Below, in pieces: positions 37,048 through 50,542 of a stretch of DNA of 64,000 bases. Within the stretch, counting starts at the first letter, position 1. Every line of letters starts with the position of its first letter. The notes under the pieces were generated by a model. It saw only the letters and a program-made list of their open reading frames with translations, was not told the origin of the DNA and did not search any database. The stretch lies in contig OZ024740.1 in assembly GCA_964016885.1 (NCBI GenBank), positions 146,444,001-146,508,000 of the forward strand. Reading direction: 5' to 3'. The position numbers and the translations under genes were made by a program. The DNA is from Eledone cirrhosa (Eukaryota).

Positions 37048-38771
37048 ATATATGTATATATAGATATATACAGGCCAAATTAATGTAATCATTTATATAA
37101 TTTATTAAAAATACAGAACCAAATATATGGTAGTTTTTGTTTAGATTATTCCTGATACTGATTGCACTTTACACTGGGGATTTTTGATGAAATTGTTCCA
37201 CCTTATTTTTTTTTGGTGTGACTTTTCTATATAATGGCGAACATTGTCATGTCACATGCATGACAATTATAGATTCACTGAAAATTATTTTTTAAAACTG
37301 TTTTAAAAATGTGAAAACAAATCTTGTATTATTTATTTATAATCATTTTATGACTGGCGATATTTGTATATCAACCTCTGATGTATTAGAAAAGTTAGCT
37401 AAACTGAGTGGTGGACAAAGTACATCGCATTAATGTTAACTACACTTGTCATTGGCAGTACACTGTAGAGTGTTGTTTAAACTGAGTGGTGAACAATATT
37501 AGTTCATTACAAATGTTAACATCACTAAGTAGTGGGTAGCAGAAAACAAAAACTACAACAGTGTTGACTGAAGTAACTGATGAACAGTGGTACGCTGAAA
37601 CAATCGTTAATTGGACTGAGTGGTTGACATGCAAACCACTAATACATTCAATAGACTGAGTGCTGAACACTAGTATACCACAGAAGAGTGGTTTAAGCAT
37701 TTTGGTCTGCTGCTTTCTTTGGGACCATAGTTGCCATTCTTTTCATTTTGAGTGAAACAAGTTAACACTGGACTAAAGTTATTAGGTTTCATTAATTTTG
37801 AATTGAATTATTCTCGCTTTGATCACTTGGTAACCTATTTGAGATAATTACTAGAGCAATTAAAATTTTATTTTGTAATTTTCAAGTAAAGAAATAAAAT
37901 TTCTCTTAAAATAATATATTTTGTAGTTCATTATTTTTCGAATTACTCGTGTGTGTGTTTTTTTTAAATTTTTTTTTATTACACATTGAATGTCATGTTT
38001 TAATACTTTCATAAACTGAAGAAGTGCACCTGAGCACTGTACACAATAATTTTCATTCCCAGGTATTATCTTGATAAAATTAATTTATTTCAGATTGCAT
38101 GTAACTTAACTGTTCAGATTGTCATCAAAGCAAAGAAAGCAGTCTTTTTTCCATCTTGAAGTAGTAGTAGCAGCAGCTGCTGCTGTTTGAACAGCATGGA
38201 GACACCCAAGACCCATTAGGCTTATCCCAGTATTATTGTTGTTAAGCAACTGAGAGTACATGACCTTCCCTTAGACAGTATGCAAGTACATTGCAGGGTT
38301 AACACCCAGGTGTTGTTATGTTCATTTTTAGCTGAGTTTACAGGTGTAAAGTGAAATTAAGTGTTTTGCTCAAGAACACAAATGAGTTGATCGATTTCAT
38401 CACTTAGGTTAAATGATTGACTATATATATGTAGAAGAAATGTTTAATACACAATATCATTATTTAATGTCTGTTTTCCTTCCTAGCAAGGGTTGTACAG
38501 GTCGTCACAGACAAAGTCAGTATTTAATCAGAACTACTGACCTCTTTGATGGATCAAGGGGCCAAAATGTCACTTATATCCAAACTTTTCCGAGTGCACT
38601 GGGTACATTTTATCGTGACACTGTCTCAGATGAGCTGGGGGCCCACATCTTGCTTATATACATTCCCACATTCTACTGAATGCACCAGGCATATTTAACT
38701 CTTTAACATTTACATTACTCTATATTTACTATTTTATTTTCATGGTAAAGGTTTTATAAATAATAATAATA

Positions 38772-39112
38772 TATGGAGGCACATGGCTTAGTGGTTAGAG
38801 CATTGGCCTTGCAATCGAAAGGTGAGTTCAATTCTCAGACTGGGTGATGTGTTGTTTCCTTGAGCAAGACACTTTATTTCACATTGCTCCAGTTTACTCA
38901 GCTGTAGAAATGAGATGATAGGGACTGGGTTCCCTATCATTCCGCTGCAAAGTGGACGTGTAGGCGCCACGGCAAAAAGCACCCAGCACTCACTGTAAAT
39001 GAGGTTGGTGTTAGGAAGGGCATCCAGCTGTAGAAATCAAGCCAGAATCAGTTCCCGTCCCACCCTTGCAAGCAGGGAAAAGCGGACGTAAAATGAAATG
39101 AAAATGAAAATG
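38772..39112 (+). mobile_element. Chimeric SINE: tRNA head + CORE-like body + RTE-derived tail
   Basis: GGCTTAGTGGTTAGAGC head, CCTTGAGCAAGACAC core, then sequence matching the RTE 3' UTR (45770-45862), ending in GCAGGGAAAAGCGGACGTAAAATG. Confidence 0.75.
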
Positions 39113-40516
39113 AATAATAATGAAATTATTGTGTAAAGTGCACTACAACTCGTCAAAGGTGCATGTATAGTACATAGAATAATATACAAATGTCAGGGAA
39201 GTGAATAGTGTCTGAGTCATGATATACATGTGTGTATGTGTATGGCAGGGGAATATTAGGTGTAGTGTTGGCGAATCTCAGGAAGCATGGAGGTTTTAAA
39301 GGATGCAGTATTTCGACAGCTAACAACTGATGCAGGTAGTTTGTTCGATGCTTCAGCAACTCTGAGCGTGAAAAAATGTTTCCGAAAGTCATGGGAGCTG
39401 TACTGTTTCTGACTTTGTGGGCATGCCCACATGTGTTAGACACATGGAAATCTAAAAGGTGCTCAGGGTTGTTGTTGGCAAGATGCTTAATAACTTTGTG
39501 GGTGTTTACCAAGTCAGTTGCCAGACGTCGGAGCTTCAATGTATCCATGCCCAGGGAAGTAAGGCGTTCAGAGTATGGTAGATGCCTGATGGAGGGTATT
39601 CGCTTGGTTGCACGTCTCTGAATAGTTTCAAGGCAGTCAATGTTCTGAGCAAGATAGGGGTTCCAGACTGGTGATGCAAATTCTAAGTGTGGCCGCACCA
39701 TAGCTATTTACAACTTTAAATAGATAGCTGGAGAGCAGCTGACAAAGGTCTTGCTGAGTGATGCTAAGACACCCTCGGCCTTCTTGACAATTTTAGAGAC
39801 GTGCTTCGTTCAACGCTGACTGTAATGCCCAGCTCACGTTCACAAGAAGACTTCTTGATATTAGTGTTGTGGAGGGAGTATGTGGATGCTGGGTTTTTAC
39901 TCCAGTGGTGCACTTGTCCACAGCTAGCTTGAGTTGCCAGTCTGTGATCCATTGTTGCATTGTGTCCAGGTCAGATTGCAGGCAAGATCTATACTGTTCA
40001 GGATCTGTCCTTTTTATCTCAAGGTACAGCTTGATGTCATCTGCATATTTCAGTACTGTGGCATTCTTTAAGTTGGCATCTATGTCATTAATATATGCCA
40101 CAAACAAAAGGGGGCCAAGAACAGATCCCTGTGGTACACTAGATGACATCTCATATGGTGATGAATGGTGTCCTAGAACAGTGACTACCTCTCTTTCACT
40201 GAGAATGAAGGACTTCAACCAGTTAAAAAGATCATCCTTCACACCCATTGCAGAGAGTTTTGCCATAAGTCTTTTGTGTGGCACAGAATTGAAAGCATTA
40301 GCAAAGTCCAGGTAAACAACATCCACCCATGAGCTGCCATCAGTGATCTGGGTGATGTCTTCAAGAAACTCGATAAGTTGATCACAGCAGTTGGAGTTAA
40401 GGATAAATGTAAATTGCGAGGGCCGGATAAGACTATGAGAGTTCCAGAAATTCCAAAGTGTTTCTCTGACACAGGATTCCATCAGTTTGGCAATGCAGCT
40501 AGTAAGACTGACTGGG
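39113..40516 (-). mobile_element. 5'-truncated CR1-like LINE (RT + C-terminus + 3' UTR)
   Basis: Minus ORFs 39793-40482 (DVVYLDFANAFNSVPH, VPQGSVLGPLLF, YADD) and 39153-39701 (VRPHLEFASPVWNP). Same family as 62535-64000. Confidence 0.92.
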
Positions 40517-41442
40517 TTATCTCACATAATATCGAATCCATGAGATTTTGATATTTATTTTGAGAACAATACCATAACAGTATGATGGCCAGTTACAGCT
40601 GGTTTGAACAGAAAGAAGTGAGAAAATTCTCGCCGGATATGGCCGGTTTAAATGCTAAAGGGTTAATCATAGAACACTTTGGCAAGTTTTTGATGGCTGG
40701 ATGCCTTTCTATCATCAACCACTTTACAGAATGTACAGGGTTGTTTATCATGTAGATCACTCACACTAAAGAAGTTGTGCTCTTGATACATAATCTAGTA
40801 TCTAAAGGTAGATAGAGGTGTCTTGACAACAAGCATTAAATACTAATAGTCAATGCTGTTGAAGGCATATCTTGACCCATCAATATACTTTATCTATAAT
40901 TTTTTGCGATTCTGTCACAACACGTAAAGAGAGAGGAGTAGTTTGACTACTTCATACTACTCCTCTCTCCTTTCGTTTGCTCCTGTGAATACACGTGTGT
41001 AAAAGGAAGGAAGGGAATAGAGAAAAAAATATGCTGTGTGTGTTTGTGTAAATGTATACATGTGTGTTTGTGTGAATATATGTGTATTTGTGAGCATATT
41101 TTTGTAAGTGTGTCTGTGTTTGCATGTTTATATACTTATACATATAAATGTATGTATATGTACATACATACAGAGACATATATACACATACGCGTCTAGT
41201 TACTGATAGTTGTGACTGTTGCGACAGACAATTAATTTCATTGCTAGCCGCTTGTGGTATAAATTGATCTAAACTAAACAAAACAAACATGGAATATTTA
41301 ACCTTTTCAATACTAAACCACTTCAAACCAGCTTTAATTCTGATATAAATCAATTTTTTTTTAAGTAGTCATACCTATCTAAAAATCTATATCATAATTT
41401 TATGTAAGAAACTTTGTAAATTTATATTTCAAACATCATATT

Positions 41443-41615
41443 AATAATTGTTTCTACATTTGGCACAAGGCCAGCAATTATCCAGTACATTACTGGTACT
41501 TTATTTTATTGACCCCGTAAGGATGAAAGGCAAAGTTATCCTCGACGGGATTTGAACTCAGACCGTAAACAGACATAACTATGCTGGAAAGCATGGCGTC
41601 CGACCCTCCACCGAA
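41443..41615 (-). mobile_element. tRNA-derived SINE (same family as 7222), antisense
   Basis: Reverse complement aligns with 7222-7392. Confidence 0.8.
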
Positions 41616-41619
41616 TAAG

Positions 41620-42235
41620 AAGGTTAGTTACAATATTAAATCTCTCCAAATTCTTGATTATTTTCAAAATTATTTGAAAATTGCAGGTAGTATTTTTCAT
41701 TACTATGGTCACAGAATGATTAAACCGAAATTTGGAATAATTTTAAAATAAAGTTTTATGTAAAAATCAGAAGTGGTTTCAGGTGGTTTGGTATCAAAAG
41801 GTTACTGCCTCTACTTTAGCCATTTTCAAATGCCTTTGTAGCCTACCTACTAGTTTACTTTGTTATTAGTTTAGATTAAGACAGGCAGTGCTTGTAGGCT
41901 TTGTAAAAAAAACCAGGGTTGGGTATAGGGACTATAAACTCTTCCTGTCTCTTCTAATGAATGGTCGTTTTCCAAGCAGTTAGCAAGATGAATGCTGGGG
42001 GAATGTGAGGTTGCAGATTAACGATTTTGATACCAAGCTGCCTGGAATCACCCCTGGTTCTATGTTACAAAACTTTTTATATTTATATAAAAGCCTTCAA
42101 TCATAATTCAATTTCAGAACCTTTATTAAGTTATGTTCCAAACACCAACTTAATAATGAGAAAGTTAGTTACTAAATTTCTTCAAATTCTTGATTATTTT
42201 CAAAATTGTATGAAAATTATAGACAGCAAAATTAC
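41620..42235. mobile_element. Fragments of a MITE family with GGTTTGGTATCAAAAGGTTA ends
   Basis: End at 41782-41804 and inverted start at 42020-42040. Internal CAAATTCTTGATTATTTTCAAAATT occurs in both. Related to 11985-12195. Confidence 0.55.
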
Positions 42236-42417
42236 TGAACATCATAAAGATGATGGAAAAACATGGCAGGAGTTGTATAAACCCACAAACCAAGTGTAGG
42301 ACATTTTGCTACACACATGAACACACACACAGACATTTATAAATTAGTGGTAACACTAATACAACATGATTCAGAATGTATGTGAAAGCTTTGTCTCTTA
42401 TATAATATAATAATAAT

Positions 42418-42703
42418 GGAATTATTGTGTACAGTAGTGCTCAGGTGTTCTACCTACAACTCATTAAAGGTGCATGTATAGTACATAGAATAATGTTCAA
42501 ATGTCAGGAAAATGAACAGTATATGAGTCATGAAATACATGTATGCATGTGTATGGAGGGGGCGATATCAGGTGTAGTGTTGGTGAATTTCAGGAAGCAT
42601 GGAGGTTTTAAAGGATGCAGTGTCTCAACAGCTAACAACTGATGCAGGTAGTTTGTTCCATGCTTCAGCAATTCTGAGTGTGAAAAAATGTTTCCGAAAG
42701 TCA
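42418..42703 (-). mobile_element. CR1-like LINE 3' end fragment
   Basis: Aligns with 39120-39392. Confidence 0.8.
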
Positions 42704-43175
42704 TATATATAGAAATATTATTGGTGACTGGGTAGTGAATTATAAAAGGGAAAACTACATTTTAGCCATGGCAGTATTTTGAACATGCACCAATGCAATT
42801 TGATTTCTCACTTGAATCTAATACCATAGTATTTCTAATTTCTTGTAGCTGAAACAGCTATTTACCAGCAACACCACTGCATTAAGTCTTCTGTAAAAAC
42901 TGGACAGATAGGATAGACACACAGACATTATGTTTTATAGAAATAGATATATTATGTGTAACTACACGTGTCCCTATGAGTATGTATAATCATCATTCAA
43001 TATCCGTTTTCAATGCTGCATATGTTATGATCACAGTTTAACATCTATTTTCCATATACATAGCATCCTATGGCAACTACTTTTTCCAGCTTTGTTGGAG
43101 TCTTCACCCTATTTTATAAGCTATTCTTATCGTATGTCTATGCATAAGTACATTCTTTATATATATATATATATA

Positions 43176-43512
43176 TCATCATCATCGTTTAACATCTATT
43201 TACCATGCTAATATGGGTTAGACAGGTTATCTCATTTGAGGAAAGTCAGGTCAGGTGTCATGGTCATATAGAACTGCTTCTGGCTCGATTTATATGGCTG
43301 GACGCCCTTCCTAATGCCAACCACATTTACAGTGTGTACAGGGTGCTTTTTCGCGTGACATCTACATGACCACTTTACAATGTGGATGGGTGCTTTTGTC
43401 ATGACACCTACACGGTCACTTTACAGTGTGGGCTGGGTGCTTTTTGTTGTGACACAATCACTTTACAGTGTGAGGTGGGTGCTTTTTGTCATGACACCTA
43501 TATGACCACTTT
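43176..43512 (-). mobile_element. RTE 3' UTR fragment with 4-5 tandem subrepeats
   Basis: (CAT)n tail, then repeated CACTTTACAGTGTG...GGGTGCTTTTTGTC units. Confidence 0.7.
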
Positions 43513-43559
43513 ATATATATATATACATATATATACACACACACACACATATACATAAC

Positions 43560-45975
43560 TTACTAAAGGCGACGGATGAGATCTGTGGCTGGATTAAGAT
43601 CACAGGCAGGAGGAGAGTAACTTGGTGGTGGAACAATAAGGTAGATGAGGCAGTTAAGGCCAAGAGACAGGCATGGAAAGAATGGAAGAACGGGGGAAGC
43701 AGGGTACATTACATAGAGACCAGGAAGGAAGCTAGGCGACAAGTATACTTAGCTAGGAGGGAAGCAGAGGATAGAAAATTCAAGCATGTTTTGCAACGTG
43801 AGGACTAGAAACAGGAGGTGTTCAAGATTGCGAGGCAGTGTGTCAGAGTGAATTGTGATGTCATTGGAGAGAAGTGTATCCGGAATGATAAAGGTGAGCT
43901 TGCCCTCACAAGTGCTGAGAAGAAAGATGCGTGGAAGAACCATTATGATAGATTACTAAATGAGGAGAATGCATGGGAAGAAGAGACCCTACCCCAAGTA
44001 GACCCTATAGAGGGGCCAGCAGCAGTGTAGTAAGTAAGGCAATCAAAGATATGAAGACGGGGAAGGCACCCGGTCCATCGGGTATAGCTGCCGAGATGCT
44101 GAAGGCATCTGGGTCGGTAGGTCACACCATAACCACACGTATTGTTAACCAGGTAATACTAGAAGCTGTCAAACCAAAGGATTGGTGCAGTAGCACCATT
44201 GTCAACTGCTACAAAGGTAAAGGTGATGCACTAGATAGAGGAAACTATAGAGGTATAAAGCTGATGGACCAGGTCATGAAAGTAACAGAAAGAGTTATAG
44301 CACAGTTGATTAGGGACCGGGTGAAACTAGATGAGATGCAATTTGGGTTTGTGCTAAGAAGAGGCACCACTGATGCCCTCTTCCTTGTGAGGCAGTTACA
44401 GGAAAAGTACCTAGCTAAAAGTAAGCTGCTCTACCTGGCATTCGCTGATCTCGAGAAAGCCTTTGACAGAGTTCCTCGTGCTATAATTCAGTGGGCTCTT
44501 AGAAAACTAGGAGTAGATGAATGGCTTGTGAAAGCTGCACAAGTCATGTATAGGGGAGCAGTCAGCAAAGTTAGGATTAGCAATGAGTATAGCAAGAAAT
44601 TTAGCGTACAGGTCGGTGTCCACCAGGGCTCTCTCTGTTCTTAGCCCTCTCCTGTTCATCATAGTCCTGCAGGCAATAACGAAGGAGTTTAAGACCGGAT
44701 GCCCATGGGAACTCTTGTATGCAGATAACCTCGCACTTATAGCTGAATCTATGGTAGAACTAGAGAAGAAATTCCAAACTTGGAAGCAGGGACTAGAAAG
44801 AAAGGGTCTCAAAGTCAACTTGACAAAGACTAAGGTCCTTGTAAGTAGATGAGAAAACAGAACTCAGATCTCCTCAGGGAAATGGCCTTGCTCAGTATGT
44901 AGGAAAGGTGTAGGTAGGAACTCCATTCTCTGCCCCAAATGCAAACAATGGGTACACAAGAGATGTAGCGGGATCTCCAGAAGCTTAACTAAGAATGTAG
45001 GCCTCACATGTAGCAGCTGTGCTGGGACAGCAAGCAGCAAACAGCCACAGGAAACAAGTACCACCAAACTCTGAGAGGGCGCTGTAGAAACAGTAGACAG
45101 CTTCTGCTACCTAGGTGACCAAATTAGCAGCGGAGGTGGGTGTTCGGAAAGTACAATAACCAGGGTAAGAACGGGATGGAAGAAGTTCAGGGAGCCACTG
45201 CTAGCTGCAAAAGGCTTTTAACTCAAAATGAAGGCAGACTGTATGATGCGTGTATACGAACAGCAATGTTACATGGTAGTGAGACCTGGGCGCTGTCTGT
45301 GGAAGACTTGCGTAGATTAGAAAGAAATGAAGCTTGCATGCTGCAATGGATGTGTAATAGTAATATACGCAAAGCATAAATGAATTGAGAGAGAGACTGA
45401 GCATAAGAGGAATCAAATGCTGTGTGCAGGAGAGGCGGTTGCATTGGTATGGACATGTGATGCGTATGAAGGATGACAGTTGCATAAAAAGGTGCAGAGC
45501 ATTAGAAGTCGATGGAAACCGTGGAGTGGGGAGACCCAAGAAGACCTGGGATGAAGTGATAAAGCCGACCTTACCCAATTACACCTCTCAAAGGCGATGA
45601 CACATGACCGTAACCTCTGGTGTCACGCAGTAATACAGAAGACCCAACCCCCCACGGGAATAAGCCGAAGCTGAAGCATATAGACAATATGCCCCCACCC
45701 ACTGCAAAGTGGTCGTGGAGGTGCCACGGCAAAAAAGCACCCAGGCCACACTGTAAAGTAGACGAGTAGGCGCCACGGAAAAAACACACCCAGCACTCAC
45801 TGTAAATGAGGTTGGTGTTAGGAAGGGCATCCAGCTGTAGAAAGCAAGCCAGAATCAGTTCCAGTATGAGCAAGACAAGGTTAGCCGACCAGACACTGCC
45901 CACAACAGGACAACCCGTCTAACCCATGCTAGCGTGGAAGAACGGACGTAAAACGGTGATGATCATGATGATGAT
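43560..45975 (+). mobile_element. Longer 5'-truncated RTE LINE (third subfamily), multiple frameshifts, 3' UTR and (GAT)n tail
   Basis: MKTGKAPGPSG, YKGKGDALDRGNYRGIKL, DLEKAFDRV, YADN (catalytic D mutated), PHD region, RRLHWYGHV. Confidence 0.92.
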
Positions 45976-46173
45976 ATCGTGTTTCTTTAGAAATACGAAA
46001 TCTCTATACGTATCTGTATACAGCTATGCCTGAAGCTAAATCCTAATTCTATATGTGTGTGTATATATATATATATAAACAAATGAATTCCTTCGGAAAG
46101 GTCCAGGAAAAAATAGTACTCTATGTAGGTTACAGAGCTTAATAGTTATGTAATAAACAACATAAGATAATTA

Positions 46174-46234
46174 TTTCATTTACCAGTGGTTTCTTGAAAG
46201 CAAACAAAATTTGCTTTCAGTCATCAGAATGAAA
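46174..46234 (-). ncRNA. Minimal type I hammerhead ribozyme (second family)
   Basis: Minus strand: TTTCATT-CTGATGA-C-TGAAAGCAAA-TTTTG-TTTGCTTTCA-A-GAAA-CC-ACT-GG-TA^AATGAAA. Perfect 7-bp stem I and 10-bp stem II. Confidence 0.85.
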
Positions 46235-46344
46235 AAATCATGGTGTATTTATTGACAGTGGATTTTAAAAAACAAAAATATAATCTATATGAAACTGAGG
46301 CTGGAAAAGGAAGAAGGAAAGGAAAAAGATTAAGTATAAAAGTA

Positions 46345-46509
46345 GATAAACACACATGCACACACACACACACATATACATACACACACATATATACATA
46401 TACATATACATATATATATATACATACACATATATACACACGTACAAATACATATACATATACATACATACACACATATATATACACATATCCATACACA
46501 AATACACAC

Positions 46510-46578
<69 letters not shown>

Positions 46579-47136
46579 TAATCATACATATATACACACG
46601 TACATACACACACATACATACACACATATATACACACAAACATACGCACACACAAATACAGATATATGTACACACACCTACATACGCATACACAATTAAT
46701 TATAAGAAAAAATATAATAAAAATAAAAAACAATGCACGACCATATAGGCCGTCACATAAAAATAAAAATAAAAATAAAAATAAAAATAAAAATAAAAAT
46801 AAAAATAAAAATAAAAATAAAAATAAAAATAAAAATAAAAATAAAAATAAAAATAAAAATAAACGTAAAAATTATTATAAAGTTGCCAGCGATACAGGAA
46901 AGGACACAAATAAATTAACACACACACGTGGAAAGCAATACACACAATTACACATACACATACATACATATAAATATATACATACACACACACACACACA
47001 CACACACATACACATACATATATATATACACATACATACATATATATACACATATACACACACACATACATATATATACACATGTATGTGTGTAAAACTC
47101 ATTCTTTGATGTATTCATTGAACCTTGTTTAACTCT

Positions 47137-47212
<76 letters not shown>
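46345..47212. repeat. Microsatellite block: (CA/TA)n, (AAAAAT)n at ~46758-46862, (TA)n at 47140-47212
   Basis: Direct inspection. Confidence 0.95.
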
Positions 47213-47216
<4 letters not shown>

Positions 47217-47343
47217 AAAGTTCTATTTAAATTGTTGGGATACAACAAGCAAATATTTTTATAACTGATATAAAGCACTCAACAAATATTTGGAGTAAAA
47301 ATACGATATTAACAAATGGAAACTATATTTATAAAACCATATT

Positions 47344-47408
47344 TATTTCACTATACATATTTCAAGGACACCAAGTTAAATTATGGTGTGCTTTCATCAG
47401 ATAAAATA
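47344..47408 (-). ncRNA. Minimal hammerhead ribozyme (third family, copy A)
   Basis: Reverse complement: TATTTTAT-CTGATGA-AAGCACACC..GGTGTCCTT-GAAA-TATGTA-TA^GTGAAATA. Confidence 0.8.
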
Positions 47409-47587
47409 TAATATAGATCAGTTTTATAAATAAATATTGACATACCCTTAAAAAATGCAACCATTACTGTTGGCAGCTCCCGGATAGTGGAGTTGTTTAA
47501 TTATATTATTATTAGTATTGGATATTTTTATTTTTAAAATAAGCTGTTGGGTTACAGAGAAAGAAAAAGATAAAGAAGGAGAGAGAG

Positions 47588-47665
<78 letters not shown>

Positions 47666-47932
47666 AAAACAATAGAGAGAGAAGGATATATAGAGAGAGG
47701 AGACAGATAGAAGAGGAGACAGATAGAAGATAAGTTTATTCAGTTGTATATTGCTAACTATTATTCATCTATCACTCCTAATCTACTGAATAAGGCACTA
47801 ACTTACGTTTTTAAACATACAGACATAACTAGCAATGAAATGCACATTATATTATCGGCACGGAAAACATTAATATAATTTAATAACCAACTCTGGACTA
47901 GGGCAGATATAAATAATAATTTCGACATAACT

Positions 47933-49189
47933 ATGGGATCATCCGATTCCGCTCAGGTAACGGATCTTGTGGGCCTATTTATTATTAATTCTCTACATAG
48001 AAAATTACCTGAGATAACCGGAGGTCTATATCGTGACGACATGCTTTTACTTATAGAAAATAATAACTGTGAACTAAATAGAAAAAGAAAACAAAGTATA
48101 CAATTTTTTAATTACTTTAATCTAAAAGTAGAAATAGAGAATAACCATAAAATAGTCAATTTTCTAGATGTAACACTAAATCTTAACACATGTCTTCATT
48201 ATCCATTTCACAAACTAAATGAGAACTTAAATTACGTCAATTTTAACTCTAATCACCCCAGATCCGTTAAAAATACTATAGTGAACTCTGTACAAGAACG
48301 AATTTCGAGAATTTCAGCTAACAAGAATATATTTGATCAAAAAACACATTATTACAACGAAGCGTTAGGTAGAGCTGGGTATAGAAATAAAATTAAATAC
48401 ATCGATAATAATAATAATATAACAACTAACCATAATCGTAACAATTTTAACTATGGTAACAATTTTAACAACTATAATAGAAAACCTTACATTAATTCCG
48501 AAAGCCGAAAAAGAAATAGAACTAAGAACCTATTATGGTTCGCTCCTCCTTTCTCATTAAATATTAAAACCCCTATTGCTAAACCATTTTTTAAAGCTCT
48601 TGACAAATGCTTCCCTAGAACACATAGATATTACTCAATTTTTAATAGACATACTATAAAATTAACTTATTCTTCCACCAAAAATTTAGCGCAAAATATT
48701 AATAGAATTAATAATAGAAATTTAAAACCTAACCAAAATACCAATAATAACCCAAGCAATATTCAATCTGATAAATGTAACTGTAGAAATAAATCTAACT
48801 GTCCGTTAAATAACAATTGCTTAGCTAAAAATGTAGTATATAATTGTAATGTAAAAACTAATTTAAATTCATTTAATTATGTGGGATCTACTTCCACAGA
48901 GTTTAAATCCCGCTTCAATAATCATAAAAATTATTTTACAGATCCAAACAAAAAATCTTCAACTTCTCTATCTAGCCTATTATGGGACCTAAAACTAAAG
49001 AACGTTGAATATTCGTTGATTTTGAATATTATTTCAAAAGCTACTCCTTTTAACCCCTCTTCAGAAAATTGCGATCTTTGTATAGAGAAAATATTCTTTA
49101 TATTAAAGACCAAAAATTCCCTGAACTTAAGGAATAATTTATTCAGTTGCTGCAGACATAGATTAAACTCAACGTTTAAATATAAATAA
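47933..49189 (+). CDS. Penelope-like RT C-terminal half + GIY-YIG endonuclease (truncated; the same frame extends up to ~47731 with one stop)
   Basis: MGSSDSAQVTDLVG, GLYRDD, NFLDVTL, SNHP, CNCRNKSNCPLNNNC linker, VVY...YVGST..FKSRFNNH, CDLCIEK..LN.R..CRH. Confidence 0.88.
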   Translation: MGSSDSAQVTDLVGLFIINSLHRKLPEITGGLYRDDMLLLIENNNCELNRKRKQSIQFFNYFNLKVEIENNHKIVNFLDVTLNLNTCLHYPFHKLNENLNYVNFNSNHPRSVKNTIVNSVQERISRISANKNIFDQKTHYYNEALGRAGYRNKIKYIDNNNNITTNHNRNNFNYGNNFNNYNRKPYINSESRKRNRTKNLLWFAPPFSLNIKTPIAKPFFKALDKCFPRTHRYYSIFNRHTIKLTYSSTKNLAQNINRINNRNLKPNQNTNNNPSNIQSDKCNCRNKSNCPLNNNCLAKNVVYNCNVKTNLNSFNYVGSTSTEFKSRFNNHKNYFTDPNKKSSTSLSSLLWDLKLKNVEYSLILNIISKATPFNPSSENCDLCIEKIFFILKTKNSLNLRNNLFSCCRHRLNSTFKYK

Positions 49190-50486
49190 AATTTAAAATG
49201 TAGTATATAATTAATTAATTAATTTTATTATTAATATATTGAACCTGTCGATAAATCATTAGATTCCTTCATCTTTTTTGACTGATTATACACTCAAGTA
49301 AAAATAACTTTTCTTCCTAAATATAAATAAATATAAATATAATAAACTATTTTAGAGAAATATATTGAGAGCTCTTGAAAGGAGAAAATATTTCTTATTT
49401 CTTATTTTTTTTATTGTTCTGATAGCTTCTCCTATTTTCGAAAGTTTATCCTTTCAAAGTTTTGAGTTAAGTATACGTAAAATAAATTTCTATACTAAAT
49501 CTATTAAACATACTATTATTTTGAAATTATAACTTAAAATATTCTATAATATTTTTAAATTGTATTGCTTTTAAAGTTATATTGCTTATAATTATATTTC
49601 CAAATTGTAATATAATTCTTTTGTATTTTATGTACTCAATTATACTATGTACTGTATTTATATATACTTCTCTCTATATGTGAGTATATATGTATATGTG
49701 TGTATTGACATACATGTACATATGTTTTATGCGTTTTTATGAATGTATGTCTGTATGTATGTATATGTATGCGTGATGCGTATCTACCTATTGGCTGAGG
49801 GTACACGCGCATGTATGTATATATATATATATATATATGTCACAATTGTGTATGTACATGTTCGTGTATATCCATACAATTTGATTGCACTTATGTATAG
49901 TGATTATCCCAAGATTCGTGACAGATAGACATATAATAACAGCCATAAATACATAACAGGTAATCTTATAAAACTTATATAAAAAAAATTTTGTTTAATA
50001 ACATAAAGTGTGTATAACATAATTTCCTTTAATATCTTAACAATTATAACATTTTTAAGATTCCTATATCTTAAATTAAATTAAAGAATCCTTTATGCTT
50101 TGTGTATATATTATATACGTAGTTAGATATGTTATGTATTTTATAAGTGTGTATATATATTTATATGTATTTTTGCGTGTGTATACGTGTTATATGATAT
50201 GTAGTTCTCTAGTAATATATGGATTTCTTAATGTATAGATCCCAGTTTTTAATATATTGATCTCAATTTTTAAATGATTAACTAAACATCTAATCATATT
50301 TAAACAATGGTTAATTTCTCATATTATATATGTATATTCCATTCATGATTATTAACATTTCTAATTTTATTTATTCATTTCATCTCAATTGTTAAGTTAA
50401 CTCAACAAGATATGACTTAGAGTTTTTCGTTCTCTCCCCTTCTCTCTGTCTCCTCTCTCTCTCTATCTTTCTCTCTCTATTGTTTT

Positions 50487-50542
<56 letters not shown>

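Noticed and set aside
37577-37612. CTGATGA-ACAGTGGTACGCT-GAAA hammerhead-like string near the putative distal UTR end
   Set aside because: The only good stem consumes the G of GAAA and stem I does not pair; likely chance.
43320-43512. Regularly spaced repeats superficially like a CRISPR array
   Set aside because: Eukaryotic context; the 'spacers' are themselves homologous, forming a tandem subrepeat of the RTE 3' UTR.
46224-47109. Many ORFs with YI, KN, KI or FY repeats
   Set aside because: Translations of (TA)n, (CA)n and (AAAAAT)n repeats.
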